Source of the DNA: an uncultured Methanosarcinaceae archaeon
Lineage (GTDB): Archaea > Halobacteriota > Methanosarcinia > Methanosarcinales > Methanosarcinaceae
Assembly (NCBI GenBank): GCA_963847185.1
Contig: CAWJYV010000007.1
Coordinates: 192,001-256,000 of the forward strand
Length of the DNA stretch: 64,000 nt
Direction of reading: 5' to 3'
The translations under genes were made by a program, and so were the position numbers. This document shows positions 21,631-30,397 of this stretch, in pieces. How positions within the stretch are numbered: the first letter of the stretch is position 1; every line of letters begins with the position of its first letter. Under the pieces are notes generated by a model. That model was not told where the DNA came from and searched no databases. It was given only the letters and a program-made list of their open reading frames with translations.

Positions 21631-24600
21631 ATGATAATTCTTCATGCAGGGAGAGTTGGAAAACAGTTCTTCTTATGGGGTGAAAGCCCGGCTGAAAACG
21701 AAATTCCGGTTGCTCGGCGTGGGAGAAAACCTAAAAATCAGACTGCAAAACCTTATCCTTATGATTCGGGTTTTGAAAACCTTTCTTCTGCCCTTGAGCT
21801 GCTGCTGGGCAGTGCTGGCAGGAAAAAGACGGAGAATATTAACGTCTGGGTCCCGACGATAGGCGGGAATCCGGTTCCTTCCAGCCCTCTGGTTGCTGAA
21901 ATGTCTGCTTCGAAAACAGAGCCTGTACTGGCTCCCTGGACTGTTCGTGCATATCCTCTGGAAGCTGAAGAGGTTCTGGTTCTTCTCTGCGCCTGCATGG
22001 GGAAAAGGGTTCTTGCCCCAGGCATAATCTCGGGAAACGACCTTCTCTGGTGGGCAGATGCCCTGAAATTTGCAGGTTCGCTGGTAACAGGACAGAAATA
22101 TCTGCCTGGCGTCAGGGGTGAAGAAAGGGAGTACAGGGCTTTCTGGGAGCCCGTATTTTCCGGAGAAGATGCAGGAGAGCTGGCAAAACTTGCAAAGCAA
22201 ATGCCTCCTGCTACAAGGGCTCTTTCTCCTGAAGCCTCTGCCATACCGCCGGAAATGCCTGCAGCTTTAGCGGCAAGGCAGTTTATCGAAGATACTCTTG
22301 ACTGGATAGTCCGATCCGAGATAGGGGAAAAAGAGCTTGCGAAAGAGACGCGCAAAAGAAAATCCTTTGATAGCGTCCACGATGCCTGGGTTTCTGCCCT
22401 GAAAAGCCCGGACGGGCTGATCTATGGGGAGGAAAAAGAACTCCTGCAGCTTGAGGCTCGAGCCCGTGAATGGCAGCGCCCCCTCACCATCCTTACTACT
22501 TCCCCTTTCAGGTTCTGTTTCCGGCTGGAAGAACCAGCTGTGGAAGAAGAAACCGAAGAAAATGAAGACGGGGAAAGAGATACTACAAAAAGCAGGGAAG
22601 GAATAGCTGGCATAGAGATTTCGGACGGGCTCTGGTATGTCCGCTACATGCTTCAGTCTTATGAAGATCCAAGTCTTCTGATCCCTGTAAAAGAAGCCTG
22701 GAAGCCAAAAAAAGGCAGCCCGTTGAAAAAGTATGATGTGAAAAACATCCGTCAATTTCTGTTATCTTCCCTCGGGCAGGCTGCAGGTATCAGTGCAGGA
22801 ATTGCTTCCAGTCTTGAGGCTCCCGATCCGTCCGGATATTCCCTTGATACTAAAGAGGCTTATCGCTTCCTGACTGAAAGTGCAGTAAACTTAAGCCAGG
22901 CCGGTTTTGGGCTGCTTCTCCCTGGCTGGTGGACCCGTAAAGGTACAAAAACCCACTTAAAAGCCCAGGCAAAAGTTAAGGGCAAGAAACTGCAGGCAGG
23001 AAACGGGCTTACTCTTGAAGAAATAGTCAGTTTTGACTGGGAAATTGCCCTTGGGGATAGGGTATTAACAGTCAAAGAATTGCAGGCACTTGCAAAGCTC
23101 AAAGCTCCGCTTGTGAAGATCCGCGGGCAGTGGGTAGAGGTAAACGATGCGGAAATCCGCGCTGCTCTTGAGTTCTGGAAGAAGAATCCCCACGGGGAAG
23201 CAAGTCTGCGAGACGTCATAAAGCTGGCTGTTGGCGCTTCTGAAACGGCTGACGGTGTGGACATTGAAGGGCTCAATGCAACTGGCTGGATTGAAGAATT
23301 AATCAGCCGCTTGAAGGATAAAACCGGATTTGAAGAACTCCTGGCCCCCAATGGTTTTTCAGGAACCCTTCGCCCCTACCAGTATCGAGGTTACTCCTGG
23401 CTTGCTTTCCTCAGGCAGTGGGGCATAGGAGCCTGCCTTGCAGACGACATGGGGCTTGGTAAAACCATCCAGACCCTTGCTCTTATCCAGCATGACCTGG
23501 AACAGGTTGAAGAAAAGATTGACAGACGTAAAGATTCAAAACCGATTAAAGCCTCAAAACCGGTTCTTCTGGTCTGTCCTACTTCTGTTATCAATAACTG
23601 GAAAAAAGAGGCTTCCCGCTTTACGCCTGAACTTTCAGTAATGGTTCACCACGGGATCAGCCGGAAAAAAGAAGAGGAATTCAAAAAAGAAGCCATGAGT
23701 CATGCTATTGTTATCTCAAGCTACGGGCTTTTGCAGAGGGATGTTAAGTTTTTAAAAGGGGTTTCCTGGGCCGGAGTGGTACTTGACGAAGCCCAGAATA
23801 TCAAAAATCCGGAAACTAAACAGGCAAAGGCAGCCAGGGCTCTGGAAGCCGATTACCGCATAGCTCTTACAGGAACTCCGGTTGAAAATAATGTTGGTGA
23901 TCTGTGGTCCATTATGGAGTTTTTAAACCCCGGCTTCCTCGGTAACCAGGCAGGTTTCAAGCGAAATTTCTTCATTCCCATTCAGGCCGAAAGAGATCAG
24001 GAAGCTGCAAGGAGGCTAAAAGAAATTACAGGGCCATTCATTCTGCGCCGCTTGAAAACCGATACTTCGATTATATCCGATTTGCCGGAAAAAATGGAGA
24101 TGAAAACCTACTGTACACTGACAAAAGAACAGGCTTCACTCTATGCCGCAGTCCTCGAAGACATTGAAGAAGCAATGGAAGAAGCTGAAGAGGGCATCCA
24201 GAGAAAAGGTATAATCCTATCCGCCCTTACCAGACTAAAACAGGTCTGTAACCACCCTGCACAGTTTTTGAAAGATAATTCCGGAATCCCTGGCAGGTCA
24301 GGAAAACTCGCAATGCTTACTGAAATGCTGGATGTTGTTCTGGAAAATAAGGAAAAAGCTCTTGTTTTTACTCAGTTTTCGGAGATGGGTAGAATGCTAA
24401 AAGAACATCTACAGGCAAGCTTCGGCTCTGAAGTCCTTTTCTTGCATGGTGGAGTTCCCAGGAAGCAGCGAGACAGGATGATTGAGCGTTTTCAGGAAGG
24501 ACAAGAGCACCTCCCTATTTTTGTTCTCTCCCTTAAAGCAGGAGGCACTGGACTTAACCTGACAGGAGCAAACCATGTTTTTCATTTCGACCGCTGGTGG

Positions 24601-24840
24601 AATCCGGCTGTTGAACGCCAGGCAACCGATAGGGCATTCCGTATAGGCCAGACAAAAAATGTTGAGGTCCATAAGTTTATCTGCGCGGGCACGCTTGAGG
24701 AAAAAATCGATGAGATTATCGAGCGCAAAATGCAGGTCGCAGAGAACGTTGTCGGAACAGGTGAAGGTTGGCTGACAGAACTTTCCAATGAAGAATTGAA
24801 GGATCTTCTTGCTCTTCGAGAAGAAGCGGTAGGTGAATAA
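21631..24840 (+). CDS. SNF2-family (Swi2/Snf2) ATPase/helicase
   Basis: LRPYQ, LADDMGLGKT, DEAQNIKN, LTGTPVEN, SLKAGGTGLNL, QATDRAFRIGQ. Confidence 0.95.
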   Translation: MIILHAGRVGKQFFLWGESPAENEIPVARRGRKPKNQTAKPYPYDSGFENLSSALELLLGSAGRKKTENINVWVPTIGGNPVPSSPLVAEMSASKTEPVLAPWTVRAYPLEAEEVLVLLCACMGKRVLAPGIISGNDLLWWADALKFAGSLVTGQKYLPGVRGEEREYRAFWEPVFSGEDAGELAKLAKQMPPATRALSPEASAIPPEMPAALAARQFIEDTLDWIVRSEIGEKELAKETRKRKSFDSVHDAWVSALKSPDGLIYGEEKELLQLEARAREWQRPLTILTTSPFRFCFRLEEPAVEEETEENEDGERDTTKSREGIAGIEISDGLWYVRYMLQSYEDPSLLIPVKEAWKPKKGSPLKKYDVKNIRQFLLSSLGQAAGISAGIASSLEAPDPSGYSLDTKEAYRFLTESAVNLSQAGFGLLLPGWWTRKGTKTHLKAQAKVKGKKLQAGNGLTLEEIVSFDWEIALGDRVLTVKELQALAKLKAPLVKIRGQWVEVNDAEIRAALEFWKKNPHGEASLRDVIKLAVGASETADGVDIEGLNATGWIEELISRLKDKTGFEELLAPNGFSGTLRPYQYRGYSWLAFLRQWGIGACLADDMGLGKTIQTLALIQHDLEQVEEKIDRRKDSKPIKASKPVLLVCPTSVINNWKKEASRFTPELSVMVHHGISRKKEEEFKKEAMSHAIVISSYGLLQRDVKFLKGVSWAGVVLDEAQNIKNPETKQAKAARALEADYRIALTGTPVENNVGDLWSIMEFLNPGFLGNQAGFKRNFFIPIQAERDQEAARRLKEITGPFILRRLKTDTSIISDLPEKMEMKTYCTLTKEQASLYAAVLEDIEEAMEEAEEGIQRKGIILSALTRLKQVCNHPAQFLKDNSGIPGRSGKLAMLTEMLDVVLENKEKALVFTQFSEMGRMLKEHLQASFGSEVLFLHGGVPRKQRDRMIERFQEGQEHLPIFVLSLKAGGTGLNLTGANHVFHFDRWWNPAVERQATDRAFRIGQTKNVEVHKFICAGTLEEKIDEIIERKMQVAENVVGTGEGWLTELSNEELKDLLALREEAVGE

Positions 24841-25792
24841 AATGGCAGCTTACTGGGACGGCTATGGGAATTATGAGCCCACAAAGCCAATTGAAGTCAA
24901 AGGTGGAATAAAAGCAAAATCCAAACGTGGAAGCTTTGTCCAGAGCTGGTGGGCAAAACGCTGGATTAAAACTCTTGAAAGCTTTAACATAGGGACCAGG
25001 TTAAGCCGGGGAAAAAGCTATGCCCGTAAAGGCCAGGTCACCTCTATAAAAATAGAGGCCGGACTTGTAAGGGCTAAAGTCCAGGGTTCAAGCCCCAAAC
25101 CTTATTCGGTAACGATCAAAGTCCGGACACTGACAGGTTCCGAATGGGAACTCCTTGCAGAAAAACTTGCTTTGAAGCCTATCTTTACAGCAAAGCTCCT
25201 CGCAGGTGAGATGCCGGAAGATATTGATTCCGCATTCAAGGAAGTAGGACTCTCCCTTTTTCCTGAAACTCTCGACGACCTTGAAACCGACTGCTCCTGC
25301 CCTGATTGGTCAAACCCCTGTAAGCATATTGCAGCCGTCTACTATTTGCTCGGGGAAGAATTTGACAGGGATCCTTTTCTTATCTTTAAGCTGAGAGGTG
25401 TGGACATGGACGATTTTATGTCCACTCTCGGAAAGAGTACAGGTCCTGAAACCCGAAGCCTTGTGGCAGAAGCCAGGGTCTTTTCGGAAAATCCTGATTA
25501 TGAGGCCGGAACTGAAACAAGAGGTGAAAAAGAAGAAGAAATAGTTCCTTTTTCCCCGGAACCACTTTCTCTTGATCCGGAAGCCTTCTGGGGCAGCTTT
25601 CCTGAAGATACTGAAGAGAAAAAAAGCTCCTCTCTTGAGGCTCACATTCCTCCGGTTCCAGCAATTCTTCCAAAAAGGCTTGGAAAATTTCCTTTCTGGT
25701 GCGGTGAAGATGATTTGCTTGAAGTGCTGGAGGAAATCTACAAAAGAGTTTCACTTACAGGGATGATGATCTTCCTCGGAGAACGTAAATGA
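24833..25792 (+). CDS. SWIM zinc-finger protein
   Basis: CSCPDWSNPCKH (CxC...CxH), RGKSYAR; overlaps SNF2 stop by 8 nt. Confidence 0.92.
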   Translation: MNKMAAYWDGYGNYEPTKPIEVKGGIKAKSKRGSFVQSWWAKRWIKTLESFNIGTRLSRGKSYARKGQVTSIKIEAGLVRAKVQGSSPKPYSVTIKVRTLTGSEWELLAEKLALKPIFTAKLLAGEMPEDIDSAFKEVGLSLFPETLDDLETDCSCPDWSNPCKHIAAVYYLLGEEFDRDPFLIFKLRGVDMDDFMSTLGKSTGPETRSLVAEARVFSENPDYEAGTETRGEKEEEIVPFSPEPLSLDPEAFWGSFPEDTEEKKSSSLEAHIPPVPAILPKRLGKFPFWCGEDDLLEVLEEIYKRVSLTGMMIFLGERK

Positions 25793-25865
25793 ATGCCTTT
25801 GCATATTCTTTCTTCAAACCGGGAGAAATTTTACGTTATTGATACGATATATTGTAAATGCAATT

Positions 25866-25941
25866 GCCCATTTCCAAAATATATAGCCCATTTCCAAAAT
25901 ATAATAGCTCATTTACAAAATACAATAGCCCATTTACAAAA
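25866..25941. repeat. Imperfect 20-21-bp tandem repeat (GCCCATTTMCAAAATAYAATA), ~3.7 copies
   Basis: Units start at 25866, 25886, 25907, 25928. Confidence 0.8.
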
Positions 25942-26524
25942 GAACATTCTGTACCAATTAGTGGGAGCTATCAAACTAAGGGCTTTCAATAAACTAAAAA
26001 ATAAAAATTCAGTTTAGTATAAAAAACTTTTGTAAGAAATTAGCTGGATATCACCTTTCATTAAATGAATCACTGGTGAGGAAAATTGAACTGAAATTGA
26101 TATATTTTAAAAATCATTCTTATGCTACTTTTTCATGCTAATTTTTATTTTTAATTGATAAAGTACTCTTGAAAATTCAACGAAAAATATATGAAACTGA
26201 TCTAAATTTATAATAATGTAATTAATTCATTTATTTAATATGTAGGATGTAATTCTACTAAATTAAGTAAAAAAGTTTTAACCTGCGAATTTGCAAGAGT
26301 CGAAGTTCATTAAAGTTCTTCAATATTGTATGCTAGTTTATTTTTTTTGATATAGTGGCATCTAAAACTGTAGAAATAAATTTATATAATAATGGCAGTA
26401 GAACTCTTGAATTTTAATTATGGTGGAGACATCTAAACATATTCAATATATGAAATACTTTAGTAAAAATATTAAATAACAGACTAAATATAATTGCAAA
26501 ATAGTCCGAAAAGGAGTATTTCCC

Positions 26525-29500
26525 GTGAAAAAAACAATTAATCGCTTTAAAAAGGGAAAAGAACTGGCTTTTATAGCCGCTTTTTTTTCAATTCTACTTT
26601 TACTGTCTATTTCCCCCGCAGCTGCATCTGTTAATGATTGGAAATTTTCCCCTCAAAACCTTGTTTCTGGTGATGCCCTTAATATAAAAGGGAGTGCATC
26701 CCCTGGAGAGAATATTGACTTATTCGTGAATTTTGAAAAAGCTGTTCCTGTTTCAGAGGGGGAGTTTGAGTACGTTCTTGAAGACGTAAAAATCCCTGAG
26801 GGCTTTAACAATAAATTTACGGTCGAAGCCATCGGAGCTGAAAACCTTAATGTTAAGGTAAAAATGCTAATCTGGTTAACAAAAAGTTCTGAGGCTTCAG
26901 GAAATTCTGCAGTAGTAAGTCAGTCAAGTGTACCCCAGGGGACCTACAAGATAAAGATTGAAGGGGATGCTGCAGAAGGTGTTTCAGAAGTAAACCTGAA
27001 GATTACGGCTTTTCAGGGAATAAAAGCTGATTCTAAAGGAAACTTCAGATATTGCTATGAAACAAAATCGATTCCTCCAGGAAACTTTGAGGTGAACGCA
27101 GGAGGAATTAAGAAATGCATAACTGTTCTGCCTGTTGAATGTCCAGGCCCGACTAACTCCATGAGTATTAATTTTACTGATAAGGTTGTTTACATACTGA
27201 ACCATACCAGCGATCTCTCAGAAGGAAACTGGATTGAGATGGAAAGTCCCTCTGAAGGAAGAAATATCCAGCTTCCTCAGCCAATAACAGTCACATATTC
27301 AGGTCCTAAATTTGAGGATTACGGAGGAGTTTCCTGGAACCTATCCTCTGATGAGAACGTAAATTATACTCTTAACTATTCCTCGTTATCTCCATGCACC
27401 ACTTTCCCAGTTTATCTACCTGGTGAGAATGTAAATATGTCTTTCTTTGGAAATTCATCTTTGAAAGGAAATGCTGACATCTATGTTCTTAATGTAACCT
27501 CTAAATCAGTTTCTGGAATTGTTGAGACTTTTACTTCAGAAAATATAAGCAACCTGGGAAGCCTTTTCAATAAAACCGTTGGCGAGGACTACAAAAACTT
27601 CTCTGCCGTTCTTGGAGAGAATGGAGATTTATTAAATTATGACATGGGATCTTTTGGTCCTGGACAATATTGTATAGTAATGGTCCAGGAAAACGAAGAT
27701 GATAGCCTTACAGTTCTTTCTGCAAGCGCCTTTGTGGTCTCGGAATATGAAATGAATGCCATAGCTCCTGCAAGTATAGTAAAAGGAGAAAATCTGGATA
27801 TAGGCCTTGAACTTGAAGGCGCCCCTGAAAACAATAACTGTACCTACGGAGCTGTACTGATCAGCGAAGAGGCATACAGGGCAAATGTAGAAATCAATTC
27901 AAACGGTGCAATTAACAACACTTCGGTAATGGTAAACGGAGTAAGCATCATTGATGAATTTGGCATTAACTCGTCAAATTATAACTCCAAACTAACTAAA
28001 TCCGAACTCCAGAAAGAAATCCAAACCTTAATAGGAGAAGGAAACGGGTCAATAGCAATAGGCGAAATCGGACAGAATTCTCTTTCACTTACTGCCTCCG
28101 AACTGCCTGAGGGTCACTACTACCTCTTTGCAGGCGCATATGACCCGAACAGGAAGATTGCAGGGCTTACACAGCTCGAAGTTGAGATTTCACCAGTGCT
28201 GGATCAAGAGCAGCCTGAAACAGTGCTTCCTGTAGCAAATTTCAGCACCAACGTTACCAGTGGTTATGCTCCCCTGACTGCTCAGTTTACAGATCTGTCC
28301 GAAAATGCAGCCGAATGGAACTGGGACTTTGGAGATGGAACTAATTCAACCGAGCAGAGCCCTGCTCATACTTATTCCTCAGCAGGTACCTATACCGTTA
28401 ATCTGACGGTAAGCAATCAGAACGGCACAGCTTTAAAATCTGTCATAGTCACTGTTCCTGAAATCCCGGGTCCGTATGCATATATTACGAACTATTACAA
28501 CAGCAGTGTTTCAGTACTTGATACAGCCATAAACGCTGTTGTAAGCACAGTGAATGTAGGAATCAATCCTTTTGGAGTTGCAGTCAGTCCTGATGGAACA
28601 ATGGTATATGTTACAAACTCAGGCAGCAACACTGTCTCTGTAATTGATGCAACCACAAACACTGCTACAGCGACCGTGAATGTAGGAAAGCGGCCTTTTG
28701 GAGTTGCAGTCAATCAGGATGGAACAAAGGTATATGTGACGAATGAATTAAGCAATACTGTCTCTGTAATTGACACGGCAACAAATACCGTTATAGCGAC
28801 TGTGGATGTAGGAAGCTATCCTGCCGGAATCGCAGTCAGTCCTGACGGAACAATAGTATATGCTGTGAATGAGGGAGGATCTGTTTCTGTAATTGATGCA
28901 GCTACAAACACTGTTACAGCCACAGTAGGTTTAGAAATTAATCCAATCGCAGTTGCAGTCAGTCCTGACGGGACAAAGGTATACATAGCAAACTGGGGCA
29001 GCAGTACTGTCTCTGTAATTGATGCAGCCACAAACACTGTTACAGCTACAATAAGTGTAGGTTCCTGTCCCGGAGGAATCGCAGTCAGTCCTGATGCTAC
29101 AAAGGTGTATGTGACGAACGAATTAAGCAATACTGTCTCTATAATTGATGCAGAAACAAATACTGTCACAGCCACGGTAGATGCAGGAAACAGTCTTTGG
29201 GGAATTGCATTGAATCCTGACGGAACAAAGGTGTATGTAGCAAATGAAAACGATAATATCGTCTCTGTAATTGACACAGCTACAAACACTGTTACAGCAA
29301 CCGTTAATGTAGGAAGCGGGCCTATCGCCTTCGGGAAATTCGTAGGTCCTGACCAGGCACCTGTTCCTGCGTGCAACACCTCAACAATCACTGGCTACAA
29401 TTTCGATGACTTAAACAAGAACAAAAAAATGAATGGTAAAGAAGTCGGGCTTTCCGACGTTACTATAAGCTTGAATGGCTACGATACATGCAGAGGAAAG

Positions 29501-29704
29501 CTGGTCAAAACAACAACTAAAGCAGATTCCACAGGATACTATGAATTCAAAGACGTTAATCCTGGTATCTATGTGGTCTCGAAAAGCTTTGTCATTGGCT
29601 GGCTGCCCACAACAAAAGCAGCTTATACTCTGACTGTTCCCTCGGATTCGACGAGCATCAGAAAAGACTTTGGAAATACCCAATTTGTCAAAAAACAAAA
29701 ATAA
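26525..29704 (+). CDS. Modular secreted/cell-surface protein: Ig-like + methanogen extracellular (TIGR04279-like) + PKD + YVTN beta-propeller + SdrD-B-like domains
   Basis: Signal peptide (..SPAAA/S), WDFGDG PKD, about seven YVTN...VSVID repeats, C-terminal GYNFDDLN...GYYEF. Confidence 0.85.
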   Translation: MKKTINRFKKGKELAFIAAFFSILLLLSISPAAASVNDWKFSPQNLVSGDALNIKGSASPGENIDLFVNFEKAVPVSEGEFEYVLEDVKIPEGFNNKFTVEAIGAENLNVKVKMLIWLTKSSEASGNSAVVSQSSVPQGTYKIKIEGDAAEGVSEVNLKITAFQGIKADSKGNFRYCYETKSIPPGNFEVNAGGIKKCITVLPVECPGPTNSMSINFTDKVVYILNHTSDLSEGNWIEMESPSEGRNIQLPQPITVTYSGPKFEDYGGVSWNLSSDENVNYTLNYSSLSPCTTFPVYLPGENVNMSFFGNSSLKGNADIYVLNVTSKSVSGIVETFTSENISNLGSLFNKTVGEDYKNFSAVLGENGDLLNYDMGSFGPGQYCIVMVQENEDDSLTVLSASAFVVSEYEMNAIAPASIVKGENLDIGLELEGAPENNNCTYGAVLISEEAYRANVEINSNGAINNTSVMVNGVSIIDEFGINSSNYNSKLTKSELQKEIQTLIGEGNGSIAIGEIGQNSLSLTASELPEGHYYLFAGAYDPNRKIAGLTQLEVEISPVLDQEQPETVLPVANFSTNVTSGYAPLTAQFTDLSENAAEWNWDFGDGTNSTEQSPAHTYSSAGTYTVNLTVSNQNGTALKSVIVTVPEIPGPYAYITNYYNSSVSVLDTAINAVVSTVNVGINPFGVAVSPDGTMVYVTNSGSNTVSVIDATTNTATATVNVGKRPFGVAVNQDGTKVYVTNELSNTVSVIDTATNTVIATVDVGSYPAGIAVSPDGTIVYAVNEGGSVSVIDAATNTVTATVGLEINPIAVAVSPDGTKVYIANWGSSTVSVIDAATNTVTATISVGSCPGGIAVSPDATKVYVTNELSNTVSIIDAETNTVTATVDAGNSLWGIALNPDGTKVYVANENDNIVSVIDTATNTVTATVNVGSGPIAFGKFVGPDQAPVPACNTSTITGYNFDDLNKNKKMNGKEVGLSDVTISLNGYDTCRGKLVKTTTKADSTGYYEFKDVNPGIYVVSKSFVIGWLPTTKAAYTLTVPSDSTSIRKDFGNTQFVKKQK

Positions 29705-29984
29705 GTGGTATTAAAGTAAAGTAAGAAGTAAGAACATTTCAGAAGGGCTTGCACACTTGGACCGAGAAATCAATAAGCTTTAATCCATGATTCAAATGCA
29801 AATTTAATTGCAAACTCTGGTGAGCTTGATTTTGTACTTCAAGTGCCTAAGTCCTAATTTTTTTACTTCTTTTTAATTTTCACTCTAACTTCCCTCTTGT
29901 CCCTACTTCTTGCAGGTTTCTTTAATGGAAGAGCCAGCTTCTTCCATTGTGACTTCCCTTTTCGCTTTTAAGCAGGACTGCGAA

Positions 29985-30236
29985 TCAATAGCTTACGTAG
30001 ATATGGTTTGCTATTTCACTGTCCACAGCATATCGTGTTTGGTCTACTTCCAAAAGGTATGAAGGGAACCGCCTGAGCAGGGTAACAGGCATTCCTGGCA
30101 GGATGCCCATAGATACAAGTTTCTGCAAAATCCCGGGATCTTTTGTTTCAAGATGGGATATTCTTCCGGTTTTTTTAGGTTCCATTGAGCAAAGAGTGGT
30201 GGTTTGCAGGGATATGTGTGTTTTTTCTGTTACCAT
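29985..30236 (-). CDS. feoA: Ferrous iron transport protein A
   Basis: KLVSMGILPG, YAVDSEIANHIYV; in operon with feoB. Confidence 0.9.
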   Translation of the reverse strand: MVTEKTHISLQTTTLCSMEPKKTGRISHLETKDPGILQKLVSMGILPGMPVTLLRRFPSYLLEVDQTRYAVDSEIANHIYVSY

Positions 30237-30397
30237 TTGAAAAACTTCCTAATGGATTGTATTACTTTTACTTCTTTTACGAGCTCATACCCGCAGTTGG
30301 GACAGCACTGTCTGTTACAGCTGTGCAGTTTCCCGCAGCCTGTACATTTTGTTTCATCAGCTTTCTCAAATTCGTTTCCGCAAAGAGGGCATTTCAC
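30230..30397 (-). CDS. 55-aa Cys-rich protein between feoB and feoA (absent from ORF track)
   Basis: GTG overlaps the feoB stop (GTGA); TAA overlaps the feoA start region; MKCPLCGNEFEKADETKCTGCGKLHSCNRQCCPNCGYELVKEVKVIQSIRKFFKW. Confidence 0.8.
   Translation of the reverse strand: MKCPLCGNEFEKADETKCTGCGKLHSCNRQCCPNCGYELVKEVKVIQSIRKFFKW

Noticed and set aside
25793-26017. 74-aa ORF with IAHxQN repeats
   Set aside because: Translation of a 21-bp intergenic tandem repeat; no SD or family signal.
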